Below are positions 54,775-64,000 of a stretch of DNA of 64,000 nt, in pieces. Source of the DNA: Terracidiphilus sp. (GTDB lineage: Bacteria; Acidobacteriota; Terriglobia; Terriglobales; Acidobacteriaceae); NCBI GenBank assembly GCA_049521035.1, contig JBEKPF010000003.1:16751-80750 (forward strand), written 5' to 3'. Within the stretch, counting starts at the first letter, position 1. Each line of letters begins with the position of its first letter. Under the pieces are notes generated by a model. The model searched no databases. It saw only the letters and a list, made by a program, of their open reading frames with translations, and was not told the origin of the DNA. The translations under genes and the position numbers were made by a program.

Positions 54775-55719
54775 ATGAGCGGCTCGCAACCCAAAATACT
54801 TCTCTCCGGAGCTTCGGGGATAGTCGGCTCAGCACTCCGCCAAGCGCTCGCCGAGCATGGTACATCCGTCCTCCAACTCGTTCGACGTCCAACCGGCTCA
54901 CCTCTTGAGATCAAGTGGGATCCGCATGCAGCATGCCCCCTCGCGAACGCGGGACCCCTCGAAGGTCTCACCGCCGCGATCCATCTGTCCGGAGCCAACC
55001 TTGCAGCTCATCGCTGGACTCCGGCCTATAAACGCGAACTCGTTGATAGCCGTGTGGGTTCCACGCGCGCCCTTGTCAGGACACTTGCCAGCCTCCGCAA
55101 TCCACCCCTGGCAGTCCTTGTTGCTTCCGCCACTGGAATCTATGGCAACCGTGCCGATCAGTTGCTCGATGAATCATCCACACCGGGCTCCGGCTTCATC
55201 GCCGATCTTTGCCAACAATGGGAAGCCGCCGCGCATGACAATGCAGCTGCCGGGGCCCGTATCGTTCACCTCCGCTTCGCGGTGGCACTCGGACCAGGCC
55301 CCGGTGCTCTCGCGCGTATGCTTCCCATCTTCCGGCTCGGTCTTGGCGGACCGTTCGGCTCCGGCACTCAATGGATGAGCTGGATCAGCCTCTACGACGT
55401 CGTTGCTGCCATTCTCTTTCTTCTCGAAGCCCCTGCACTCACCGGCCCCGTGAATCTCACCGCCCCTACCCCCGTCACCAACTCCCAATTCACCAGCGCA
55501 CTCGCTCGCGCCCTCCATCGACCCGCGCTTCTCCCCGTTCCAGCATTCGCACTCCGCCTCGCGCTAGGTGAAATCGCCGATGAAGTGCTCCTCTCAAGCG
55601 CTCGCGTCTATCCAGGGAAACTCATTACTGCCGGCTTCCGCTTTACCCACCCTAAAGTCGATCAGGCCTTGGCCATTGCCCTCGGACTGCCCCAGCCCGT
55701 CACACCCGCGTTATCCTAA
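54775..55719 (+). CDS. TIGR01777/YfcH-type epimerase-family protein (SDR fold + DUF1731)
   Basis: ILLSGASGIVGSAL Rossmann motif, ~310 aa, with a C-terminal ...LSSARVYPGKLITAGFRFTHP typical of the DUF1731 end. Confidence 0.8.
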   Translation: MSGSQPKILLSGASGIVGSALRQALAEHGTSVLQLVRRPTGSPLEIKWDPHAACPLANAGPLEGLTAAIHLSGANLAAHRWTPAYKRELVDSRVGSTRALVRTLASLRNPPLAVLVASATGIYGNRADQLLDESSTPGSGFIADLCQQWEAAAHDNAAAGARIVHLRFAVALGPGPGALARMLPIFRLGLGGPFGSGTQWMSWISLYDVVAAILFLLEAPALTGPVNLTAPTPVTNSQFTSALARALHRPALLPVPAFALRLALGEIADEVLLSSARVYPGKLITAGFRFTHPKVDQALAIALGLPQPVTPALS

Positions 55720-55823
55720 GAGGTCCGGTCACCCGGCTCAACTGAGGAGCTGGGGCTTCCATCCTTGCAGCGCTACTTGCTTCAAGAGTGGGAAACGAAA
55801 CCGCCCAGAGAGCCGACAACCCA

Positions 55824-57254
55824 ATGCCTGAAGAGATTACTCGCACTACTGAAACCTCTGAATCGTCCCCGCCCACCCCTGGCGCACAAACGCCGTCATC
55901 CGCACCTCAGGTGCCGACGTCTGCTCTACCGCAGGTGCAGGTGGCCACCATCGATACCCTCGGCCGGCATGAAGGTCAATCCGTGATCCTCCGCGGATGG
56001 CTTTATAACCTCCGCGAAAGCGGGAAGCTCCTTTTTCCCATTTTTCGCGACGGCACCGGTACCATCCAGGGCGTAGCCCATGTCAAGAGCGTGCCACCCG
56101 CGGTCTTCGAAGCTCTCAAGGGCTTGACCCAGGAATCCAGTGTGATCGTCACCGGCAAGGTTCGAGCCGACAAGCGGGCGCCCGGCGGTTTCGAACTCGA
56201 CGTCGAAGACCTCGAAGTCGTGCAGCGCGTCCCCGAGTCTGATCCCTACCCAATCACCCTCAAGGAGCACGGCGTCGACTTCCTCATGGAGCACCGCCAT
56301 CTCTGGGTCCGCTCTCCACGCCAGTCGGCTATTCTGCGCATCCGGGCCGAAATCATGCGTGCCGCTGCGGAGTACTTCGACACCAACGGCTTCATCCGCA
56401 CCGATCCGCCCATCCTCACACCGGCGGCCTGTGAAGGCACTTCCACTCTTTTCCCCGTCGATTACTTCGGCGACCCGGCCTTCCTCACGCAGTCCGGCCA
56501 GCTTTACATCGAGTCAACCGCACTTGCTTTGGGAAAGGTCTACAGCTTCGGTCCCACCTTCCGAGCTGAAAAGTCCAAGACGCGCCGCCACTTGACCGAG
56601 TTCTGGATGATCGAGCCGGAGGTGGCCTACTGCGACCTCGATGGTCTCCTCAAGATCGCAGAAAACTTCCTGTCTCACATCGTCCAATCTGTCCTGAAAA
56701 ACCGCGCTTCAGAGCTAGCTGTCATTGGCCGTGACCCAGCCAAGCTCCAGTCCATCATTCCCCCGTTTCCCCGCATCACCTACGACGATGCCGCAGCCCT
56801 TCTCAACGCCGCCCATAAAACCGGAGCGCTTGAGCAGCCCTTCGAGTATGGCAACGACTTCGGCTCCCCCGACGAAACCTGGCTCAGCAGCCAGTTCGAC
56901 CGCCCCGTCATGGTGCACCGCTACCCGGCCAACGTGAAGGCTTTTTACATGGAGCCAGATCCCGCGAATCCCAGCCTGGCTCTCTGCGTAGACGTCCTGG
57001 CTCCAGAGGGTTACGGTGAAATCATCGGCGGCTCTCAGCGCGTCTCAAGTTATGAGCTGCTAAGCAGCCGCATTGACCAGCATCAGCTTCCCCGCGAAGC
57101 TTTTGAGTGGTACTTGGACCTCCGCCGCTACGGCAGCGTCCCACACAGCGGATTCGGAATGGGTATCGAGCGCGCGGTGGCCTGGATCTGCGGCCTCGAT
57201 CACGTTCGCGAAACCATCCCCTTCGCCCGCACCCTTCATCGCATCTATCCTTGA
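55824..57254 (+). CDS. asnS: asparagine--tRNA ligase
   Basis: An OB anticodon-binding domain ([22 protein letters not shown]), class-II motifs [25 protein letters not shown] and [15 protein letters not shown], and GGSQR. Confidence 0.9.
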   Translation: MPEEITRTTETSESSPPTPGAQTPSSAPQVPTSALPQVQVATIDTLGRHEGQSVILRGWLYNLRESGKLLFPIFRDGTGTIQGVAHVKSVPPAVFEALKGLTQESSVIVTGKVRADKRAPGGFELDVEDLEVVQRVPESDPYPITLKEHGVDFLMEHRHLWVRSPRQSAILRIRAEIMRAAAEYFDTNGFIRTDPPILTPAACEGTSTLFPVDYFGDPAFLTQSGQLYIESTALALGKVYSFGPTFRAEKSKTRRHLTEFWMIEPEVAYCDLDGLLKIAENFLSHIVQSVLKNRASELAVIGRDPAKLQSIIPPFPRITYDDAAALLNAAHKTGALEQPFEYGNDFGSPDETWLSSQFDRPVMVHRYPANVKAFYMEPDPANPSLALCVDVLAPEGYGEIIGGSQRVSSYELLSSRIDQHQLPREAFEWYLDLRRYGSVPHSGFGMGIERAVAWICGLDHVRETIPFARTLHRIYP

Positions 57255-57429
57255 AGCTATCGCGGTTCCGTCTGGCCCGGCGCAGCGCTCATCTCCTTTG
57301 TTTCGTGCCCGGGTCGTCGGGATTTGGAAAGTAAGACAGAATGCAATCCGGTTCTCGTACCACCAAATAATTCCCCATGCCACTAAAGTGGTCGTCACAT
57401 TTCGTCCAGCAGCGGATTACGATGACGGT

Positions 57430-60342
57430 ATGTTTCCCCTGAGGCTACTTTGTGCGCTGCTGGCGTTGAGCCAGCTCTTTGTCTTGCACGGAATCGCGCA
57501 GCAGTATGCCTTTCAAGAAGACAGTGACAATCAGGGCCTGAATAGCCTCACCATCAACTGCCTCCTGCAGGACCGTTCCGGAGTTGTGTGGGCTTGCACT
57601 GAGAACGGCCTTTACCAATTTGATGGATCCACTTACACCCGTTTAGGAGCCGAGCAAGGGCTCCTCGATAGCTATATCCTGTCCATCCACCAGGATGCTG
57701 CTGGCGAACTCTGGGTCTGGACCAGTACTGGCCTTTATCACGGAGATGGCCATCATTTCAGTGCAATCGTCGTCGGCCTCGGCGGCATGCCCGGAAGCTC
57801 AGGCCAGCAGCTCACCTCGACCGCCTCCGGACAAGTCCTCGCGGTCAGTAAGCGCCATCTCTTCCAAATCACTCGCACCAATTCCGGCGGAACCTGGAGC
57901 GTCTCTCCTTTCATTTCGCCGGAAATGCTCAGCGCGCACCCGGAATTGGCAACCATCTACAGCGTCTACGTCCGTCACGACGGATCGGTGTTGACCGGGT
58001 GCGGCGATGCAATCTGTCAAATCTCAGGCAGTAATGTGAGAGTCTTTGGGCCTGCTGACGGGGTCGTATCCGATACATGGGCTTGGTTCCTTGAGGATTC
58101 CGCCGGGCGGCTCTGGATGCGCGGCTACCACCACATTCTTCAACTCGGATCGCACGCCTCCACGTTCATGAATCAGGACATTCCCTCTACACCGGTAACT
58201 TTCTCCACCCCGCTTGTTCCCATAATCGAGGACACACAGCGCCGCATTCTCACCCGAACAGACCGTGGTTTGGCTATATGGAGTCAGGGTCGCTGGCAGA
58301 CGCTCGGCGCAGTGAACGGCCTCGATGTTCCCGGCATCCTCTCGCTCATGGTCGACCGCGATGGCACCCTCTGGCTCGGCACGTACGGAAAGGGTGTTGA
58401 ACGTTGGCTTGGCAATGGAAACTGGGAAACCTGGGCTTCCGGCCAGGGGCTCGAAGGGAATCTGGTCTGGTCCCTGGTTCGCGACCACAAGGGAACATTG
58501 TGGGGCGCTTCCGAGCATGGCATCGTCAAATTCGACCAGGCCGGCAACACCTTCGTTCCCTGGAATCCGAACTCCGACGTGCCGCACGGGCAAGTCATTT
58601 CTGTAGTCGAAGGGGCCGACCGCAACCTTTGGTTCTCGTCCTCCGCCGGCCCGCTGCTACGTTACTCGCCGGATACAGGCACTTCCCGCAACTGGAATAT
58701 GCGGCAAGGCCTGCGTTGGATCTGGAGAGCCTCATCTACCAACGTGTGGGGCATGACAAACTCTGGCCTTTACACCTTCGACCAAGCTTCAAACGACATC
58801 GTCAAGGTGCACAATCCCGCCGTGCAGGACCAAGCGTTCTATGACGTCTGCGAAGATGCCCATCATGGGCTGTGGTTCGCCTCCAATACCGGCATTATCC
58901 ATCTCGTAGATGGCCAGTGGAGCAAGATCGTAGTGCAGGGCATCGTGGCAAGCGACCGTTTCGGCAATGTGGCTTGTGCCGCTGACGGCTCGCTCTGGAT
59001 CGGTGGCGCTTCCACGGGCGTTGAGCACCTTCGCGTTCAGGGAAACATCGCTACGGCGGCGGATCCTTCGCCACCCCCTGGCTTCAAGTCCATTGAACCG
59101 ATGTTTCTTGAACACGATCGCCGCGGCTGGCTCTGGATCGGCAGCGGTTCCGGCGTTTACGTCTTCAATGGCAATCGCTGGCGGCACCTCACCAAGAACG
59201 ACGGGCTCGTCTGGAATGACTGCAACGAGGGCTCCTATCTTCAGGACACTGACGGCTCCATCTGGATTGGCACCTCGAACGGGCTCTCCCATCTGCTCCA
59301 TCCTGAAGCCATCTTCGACCAGAAGCCCCTCCAGGTACTCATCACCGGCGCGAGTCTTGGAAACACTCGCATCTCTGTCGACGATGCTCCCTCCCTCCCG
59401 TGGACACGGGAGCCGCTACGAGTCCACGTCGTTTCCTCTCCTTTGGAGGACCAACCCTCCACCGTATACCGCTATCGTCTCGTCGGCCTCGAACAGGACT
59501 GGAACACCACGCGCGACCACGACCTGAGCTATTCGTCCCTTCCCGACGGAGCATTCCGGCTCGAAATCTACGCTGAGGACACGGAGAGCGACATTCGTTC
59601 TCCTCTCACGGTTGTTTCCTTCACCATGCGCCCACCGTGGTGGAAAAGCCTTCCATTTGAAATCATTCTGGGCGCGCTTCTTATTCTGATGATTCACATC
59701 ATCCTCCGCCATCGCGAGCGCGGGCTGCTTGAAAGCCAGGCAAAGTTGGAAGCCCTGGTGCGCGAAAGGACCGGCCAGCTTGAAAAAGAGAAGGAGCAGC
59801 TCACTGAGGCCCGTGAAGCCCTTCGCGAACTCGCCAGCCGCGATCCCATGACCGGGCTGCTCAATCGCCGCGCCATCTACGACGTCCTCACCAAAGAAAT
59901 GGCGCGCATCAGACGGGACGGAAGCGCACTCACCGCGGTTATGGTAGATCTCGACCACTTCAAATCAGTGAACGACACCTACGGCCACATCGTGGGAGAC
60001 GATGTTCTGCGCGAAATCGCCGTCCGCCTTACCGATTCCGTACGCCCATATGACTCAGTCAGCCGGTATGGCGGCGAAGAGTTCCTCCTTGTCATGCCGC
60101 AGATGGAGGTCCCCGATATGCGTGAGCGTCTGACCGCGGTGCACAATGCCATCTGCCTTGAACCCATTCAATTTGCCAGCGGCCAGATCAAGCTAACATG
60201 CAGCTTCGGCGTATGCACACTTTTCGGTGGCCAGAAGCTGACCGTCGAGCAGTTTCTCGACCGCGCGGACCGCGCTTTGTACGACGCCAAGCACTCAGGA
60301 AGGAACCGCATTGTCTACTGCACCCCCGTCGTCGTGGACTGA
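57430..60342 (+). CDS. periplasmic beta-propeller/Y_Y_Y sensor diguanylate cyclase (GGDEF)
   Basis: Signal peptide, then many repeats of the two-component-regulator-propeller type (G.LW.GT..GL) and a Y_Y_Y-like Ig module (YRYRLVGLEQDWN). One TM and a coiled coil follow, then GGDEF with an RPYD I-site (60043-60054) five residues before GGEEF (60070-60084). Confidence 0.85.
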   Translation: MFPLRLLCALLALSQLFVLHGIAQQYAFQEDSDNQGLNSLTINCLLQDRSGVVWACTENGLYQFDGSTYTRLGAEQGLLDSYILSIHQDAAGELWVWTSTGLYHGDGHHFSAIVVGLGGMPGSSGQQLTSTASGQVLAVSKRHLFQITRTNSGGTWSVSPFISPEMLSAHPELATIYSVYVRHDGSVLTGCGDAICQISGSNVRVFGPADGVVSDTWAWFLEDSAGRLWMRGYHHILQLGSHASTFMNQDIPSTPVTFSTPLVPIIEDTQRRILTRTDRGLAIWSQGRWQTLGAVNGLDVPGILSLMVDRDGTLWLGTYGKGVERWLGNGNWETWASGQGLEGNLVWSLVRDHKGTLWGASEHGIVKFDQAGNTFVPWNPNSDVPHGQVISVVEGADRNLWFSSSAGPLLRYSPDTGTSRNWNMRQGLRWIWRASSTNVWGMTNSGLYTFDQASNDIVKVHNPAVQDQAFYDVCEDAHHGLWFASNTGIIHLVDGQWSKIVVQGIVASDRFGNVACAADGSLWIGGASTGVEHLRVQGNIATAADPSPPPGFKSIEPMFLEHDRRGWLWIGSGSGVYVFNGNRWRHLTKNDGLVWNDCNEGSYLQDTDGSIWIGTSNGLSHLLHPEAIFDQKPLQVLITGASLGNTRISVDDAPSLPWTREPLRVHVVSSPLEDQPSTVYRYRLVGLEQDWNTTRDHDLSYSSLPDGAFRLEIYAEDTESDIRSPLTVVSFTMRPPWWKSLPFEIILGALLILMIHIILRHRERGLLESQAKLEALVRERTGQLEKEKEQLTEAREALRELASRDPMTGLLNRRAIYDVLTKEMARIRRDGSALTAVMVDLDHFKSVNDTYGHIVGDDVLREIAVRLTDSVRPYDSVSRYGGEEFLLVMPQMEVPDMRERLTAVHNAICLEPIQFASGQIKLTCSFGVCTLFGGQKLTVEQFLDRADRALYDAKHSGRNRIVYCTPVVVD

Positions 60343-60624
60343 CGCTGTGGACCCACTCGCCAAACGCCTAAGTGATTTATCCTGAGCGATTTCCGCTATT
60401 GAGCCACGGTAATCTAAGCTTTACGATCTTCCCACTCCGATCGGGCACCACTCGCTGGCATGCAGCAGATCTCAAAGCCGCAAGTTGGCAGTGGGCTTCG
60501 TGGCCGCCATTAATTATCCGTTGCAACAACTTTCTTGCCCGATTGCCGAATCTTCCCGCTCCGTTCCCCAATCAAAAGAGCTGCTGTTGACGCATATCTC
60601 GCAAGCCCTCAAGGAGCCACAGTC

Positions 60625-61248
60625 ATGACCTTGTCTGCCAATGAAGTTCATAGATCGAAGCAAGCCCCTCTCGTTGATGGCGTCTTGCCCATCCTCCACC
60701 AGCGCTGGAGCCCGCGCGCTTTCGCTGATCGCGAAGTCAGCCCAGCCGACCTGACCAAGGTCTTTGAAGCCGCCCGCTGGGCCGCCTCTTCTAACAACGA
60801 GCAGCCTTGGCGCTTTCTTGTCGGCCACCGCAACTCCTTGACTTATAAGAAAATATTTGACTCCCTCGTGCCTTTCAACCAGACTTGGGCCGGCCATGCT
60901 CCGGTGCTTATTCTCGGCGTAGCCAATACCAGATTCAGCCGCAATGGTTCCTCGAATCGAGTCGCTCTTTACGACTTGGGAGCGGCAACATCGTATCTCA
61001 CGCTTCAGGCTACCGCCCTTGGCCTTGCCACCCACCAGATGGGAGGCTTCGACCCGGAAGCCGCGCGGAAATCCTTTGAAATTCCTGAAGATTACGCCAT
61101 CGGCGCAGTCATTGCCCTGGGGTATCAAGGAGAACCAGAAACTCTCGCCAACGAGCAGCTCATCGCGCAGGAAATCGCGCCCCGGCAGCGTAAGCCACTG
61201 AAGGAGTTCGTTTTCTCTGCCTGGGATTCCCCGGCGAACCTGGCCTGA
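60625..61248 (+). CDS. nitroreductase-family protein
   Basis: AAGGAG lies 8 nt upstream. Motifs are RWSPRAFADREV...AARWAASSNNEQPWRFLV and LGAATSYLTLQATALGLATHQMGGFD. Confidence 0.85.
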   Translation: MTLSANEVHRSKQAPLVDGVLPILHQRWSPRAFADREVSPADLTKVFEAARWAASSNNEQPWRFLVGHRNSLTYKKIFDSLVPFNQTWAGHAPVLILGVANTRFSRNGSSNRVALYDLGAATSYLTLQATALGLATHQMGGFDPEAARKSFEIPEDYAIGAVIALGYQGEPETLANEQLIAQEIAPRQRKPLKEFVFSAWDSPANLA

Positions 61249-61268
61249 CCGCAACATTTGCCGACAGG

Positions 61269-62018
61269 TTGGCCTCCCGACCAGCACCTCCCGCGCAAGT
61301 TAAATTGGAAGCAGGAGGGATTCTGATTTTGACCCCCACCCCGTCACGCAGTCATCGGTATCCGTCTCCCGCTCGCAGACCCAGACACCTGCGGTTCAGC
61401 CGCCCTGCACCTAATTGGCCCTTGCGTGGTGCGCTCGCCGGCGCAGCCTTCTGCGTGGCGCTGCTGGCCTGGGCTGCGATTGCCCGCCAATTGGCGCCGG
61501 AATCCAACACCTCCCTCACTCGCTTTGACGCCATCATCGTTCTCGGTACGCCGGCCGATTCCGACGGCAACCCCACTCCCTCACAGTTGGCCCGCGTCAC
61601 CGAAGCTGTACACGAGTACGAGCGTGGTATTGCCCCGCGCCTCATCCTTACTGGCGGACCGGTCTTCAATCACTTTGTCGAAGCACGCGTCATGGCGCAG
61701 GCAGCGCATGCGCAGGGTATACCGGACTCCGCCATCTTTGTCGAACCTGAAGCCCGCAACACCATCCAGAACGCTTGTTACTCCGAGCGCATTATGAAAT
61801 CCCACGGCTGGCGTTCAGCTGAGATCGTCGCCAGCTCCGCCCATCTTCCCCGCGCGACTCTTATCTTCAATCGCCTTCCTATCGAGTGGCGCGCCCACGC
61901 CGCTCCTTCCTTGTCACCCAATTCAGCGGCTAACAATATCGCCTCTGCATCCGTCGAAACCCTGAAAACCATGCGCTACCTTATCTGGGCTCGTTTCGCC
62001 GATCGCTGCGAGCCATAA
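61269..62018 (+). CDS. YdcF/ElyC-like DUF218 family protein
   Basis: One TM is followed by FDAIIVLGTPADSDGNP...RLILTGG...EARNTIQNA...AEIVASSAHLPRA. The start is uncertain (TTG 61269 or TTG 61422; there is no in-frame ATG). Confidence 0.7.
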   Translation: MASRPAPPAQVKLEAGGILILTPTPSRSHRYPSPARRPRHLRFSRPAPNWPLRGALAGAAFCVALLAWAAIARQLAPESNTSLTRFDAIIVLGTPADSDGNPTPSQLARVTEAVHEYERGIAPRLILTGGPVFNHFVEARVMAQAAHAQGIPDSAIFVEPEARNTIQNACYSERIMKSHGWRSAEIVASSAHLPRATLIFNRLPIEWRAHAAPSLSPNSAANNIASASVETLKTMRYLIWARFADRCEP

Positions 62019-62090
62019 TTGCGAGCTACAACCCAATGCAAGTCGAGCCGGATCCGCGTTGTCCCTCGTCGCCGCGGTCCTGTAAGCTGG

Positions 62091-62834
62091 ATGGTGATGC
62101 GTCTTCAAGTTAGTTGTTTCGTCTCTCTCGTAGCTGTTGCTGCCGTGGCTCTCCATACGGGCCCCCCTGCCCTGGCCCAATCCACTGCCCAGCCCGCCGC
62201 ACCCGCCACCACCACCAACGGCACTTACATCGCCGTAGATCCATTGGCCCTTGTCCGCTATGACAACCGCTACGACATTTCGCTGGGCATGGCCTATGCC
62301 CGCGTTATGGCTGGCCCTACTCTTAACCAGGGCTCCAATCTCGGCGGACTCGATCTCGCTGGGTCCTATTGGTTATCGAAGCACTGGGGAATCGAGGGCA
62401 CCGGACGAGGCTACCTGGGCACCAGCGGCGCTGGCCTCGGAGATAACGTCTCCACCCAACTGATCAAAGGCCCTTTTGTCGCCCAATACATCTTTGCCGG
62501 CGGCCCTGAGTGGCTCGGACCCCACAACAAGCACGGCGCTCTCATCGCCCATGTTCTTGTTGGCGGCGCATACGGCGAATTCGAGAAAGACTTGCGCGGC
62601 TTGCCACCCTCTGCTGTCGATTTCTACAACGATCAGGTTGCGCCTGCTGCGGTCTTCGGTGGCCACTTGGACTTGAATCGCTCCGCCCGCTGGGTCTTCC
62701 GCATTACGCCTGACGCCTTGTACACCCGCTACAGCACGAACTACGCAACTCCCACCACCGGAACCGGCGGTCACGACAACTGGAACTTCGCTCTCTCCGT
62801 CGGTGTTCAGTACAAGTTCAAGAAGAAGAGATAA
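62091..62834 (+). CDS. small outer-membrane beta-barrel protein (OmpA-N/OmpW-like, tentative)
   Basis: The signal peptide ends ALAQS. An alternating hydrophobic beta pattern follows, and the C-terminus reads ALSVGVQYKFKKKR. Confidence 0.55.
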   Translation: MVMRLQVSCFVSLVAVAAVALHTGPPALAQSTAQPAAPATTTNGTYIAVDPLALVRYDNRYDISLGMAYARVMAGPTLNQGSNLGGLDLAGSYWLSKHWGIEGTGRGYLGTSGAGLGDNVSTQLIKGPFVAQYIFAGGPEWLGPHNKHGALIAHVLVGGAYGEFEKDLRGLPPSAVDFYNDQVAPAAVFGGHLDLNRSARWVFRITPDALYTRYSTNYATPTTGTGGHDNWNFALSVGVQYKFKKKR

Positions 62835-63113
62835 TCCACCCACATTCCCGCTCCTACCCCCTATCGCCGAATTCATGACTTCTTAGCCCGGCAGGCCAGT
62901 CGCACGCCTGCCTTCGGGTAACCATCCTCGATCCAACGGCGTCGATATAAAATCACGGGCTGCTAACAGCAATCTGTCTGTGGTATTCTCCACCGTTCGG
63001 TGACGCCTCTGAATAAGTGCCGCCGGGAAATATGTCGTACCGGATTGCGGTGCTTCCTCACGTGCGCCGCGGAGCTCTTCTAACCAGGGAACCGAAGACA
63101 GGATCAAACGGCT

Positions 63114-64000
63114 ATGAGAGACACACTTGGAGTTTTGCTTGCAGGGGGAGCCGGGGAGAGGCTCTTTCCGCTTACCCGCGATCGCGCCAAACCGGCCGTG
63201 CCCTTTGGCGGGCATTACCGCATCATCGACATCACTCTCTCCAACTGCATCAACTCCGGCCTGCGCAAGGTCTATATCCTCACCCAGTACAAAGCTCTCT
63301 CGCTTAATCGGCACATTCGTGAAGGTTGGACCGGCATCGTTGCCCAGGAACTCGGTGAGTTCTTTGAGCTCCTCCCGCCCATGCAGCGCACCGGCTCCAA
63401 CTGGTATATGGGCACCGCCGACGCAGTCTACCAGAACATTTACTCCATCGGCAGCGAGCAGCCGACCTACATGATCATCCTCTCAGGCGATCACATCTAC
63501 AAAATGGATTACAGCCGCATGCTCGAGCACCACAAAGAGACAAAAGCCGAGGTAACTCTGGCCACGCTGCCCATTCCGCCCGACGAAGTCTCCCGCTATG
63601 GCGTCGTCGAAGTTGGTTCCACCGGGGAGGTCCTCGGCTTCCAGGAAAAGCCCGCGTCCACCAGCTTCCGTTCGCCCTTCAACCCCAATGCGGTCGACGC
63701 TTCCATGGGCATCTACATCTTCAACACCGAAGTCCTGCTCAAAGCCCTCATCGCCGATGCCGAAGACCCCAACTCCAAGCATGACTTCGGCCACAACATC
63801 CTGCCTAATCTGCTCGGTAAGAAAAAGATGATGGCTTACAGCTTCGTCGACGAAAACAAGCAACAGGCGCTTTACTGGCGAGATGTGGGCACCCTCGATG
63901 CCTATTACGACGCCAATATGGACCTCTGCTCCGTCTCTCCGACTTTCAACCTCTACGACAAGAACTGGCCCATCCGCACCCGCGTCCGCCAATACCCTCC
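63114..64000 (+). CDS. glgC: glucose-1-phosphate adenylyltransferase, N-terminal ~295 aa (3' end outside window)
   Basis: Hand translation from the ATG at 63114 gives MRDTLGVLLAGGAGERLFPLTRDRAKPAVPFGGHYRIIDITLSNCINSGLRKVYILTQYKALSLNRHI... The frame runs open to the window edge, which is why it is missing from the ORF track. Confidence 0.88.
   Translation, partial: MRDTLGVLLAGGAGERLFPLTRDRAKPAVPFGGHYRIIDITLSNCINSGLRKVYILTQYKALSLNRHIREGWTGIVAQELGEFFELLPPMQRTGSNWYMGTADAVYQNIYSIGSEQPTYMIILSGDHIYKMDYSRMLEHHKETKAEVTLATLPIPPDEVSRYGVVEVGSTGEVLGFQEKPASTSFRSPFNPNAVDASMGIYIFNTEVLLKALIADAEDPNSKHDFGHNILPNLLGKKKMMAYSFVDENKQQALYWRDVGTLDAYYDANMDLCSVSPTFNLYDKNWPIRTRVRQYP

Noticed and set aside
2313-63992. 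Many other long antisense or out-of-frame ORFs. Examples are 2313-3230(-), 4161-4853(-), 5978-6772(-), 8385-9191(-), 18817-19719(-), 24080-25363(+), 35112-35801(+), 39606-40295(+), 44589-45638(-), 47731-48798(-), 60514-61287(-) and 63483-63992(-).
   Set aside because: Each overlaps a gene on the other strand or frame that has clear family motifs. Their compositions are Arg/Gly/Pro/His-biased and none shows a recognisable motif. The pair antisense to both PiT copies is explained by the duplication of the sense gene.
1-64000. A window-wide look for CRISPR arrays, transposases or IS ends, integrases, reverse transcriptases, restriction-modification genes, toxin-antitoxin pairs, and known structured RNAs (rRNA, tmRNA, RNase P, SRP, common riboswitches).
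   Set aside because: None was recognised by eye in the ORF translations or intergenic regions. A proper Rfam, ISfinder or defence-system HMM scan could still find small or divergent elements that I cannot see.

Overview
This is about 58-60% GC chromosomal DNA. It looks like core genome of an Acidobacteriota (Terriglobia/Acidobacteriaceae-like) bacterium, judged from three acidobacteria-expanded gene families (TIGR03435-like, TIGR03436-like VWA, CarboxypepD_reg-fronted plug-less TonB-type barrels) and many Tat- or Sec-exported enzymes. I can support about 55 CDS, one tRNA-Arg(CCG), one decayed polysaccharide-lyase pseudogene, several hairpin terminators and one clear palindromic operator. I found no rRNA, CRISPR array, transposase, integrase, phage gene or recognisable defence or toxin-antitoxin genes. 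Housekeeping genes are trpS (5' truncated), scpA, scpB, rluB, rpsA, glpK-glpD, asnS and glgC (3' truncated). Accessory content includes two tandem PiT phosphate transporters inserted between scpA and scpB, and a nikR-NiCoT nickel module. There are also a YtrA-type GntR / SPFH / secreted-hydrolase operon, a second SPFH gene, and polysaccharide- and peptide-degrading exoenzymes (GH13, PL10, M61, a beta-helix protein). A large periplasmic-propeller diguanylate cyclase is present too. The best candidate for an undescribed system is the co-directional cluster at 43361-52061. It holds three tandem TIGR03435-like exported paralogues, a plug-less beta-barrel, and a tightly coupled TIGR03436-like VWA protein, and none of these families has a known function. 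This is a hypothesis from gene content and spacing only. Other observations worth a second look are a short motif shared by a small ORF and the ScpA N-terminus, unusually long low-complexity tails on ScpA, ScpB and RluB, a DUF202-DUF302 fusion, and a PL4 lyase gene caught in decay. All family assignments come from reading the translated motifs by eye. No searches were run, and most start codons are uncertain by tens of nucleotides.
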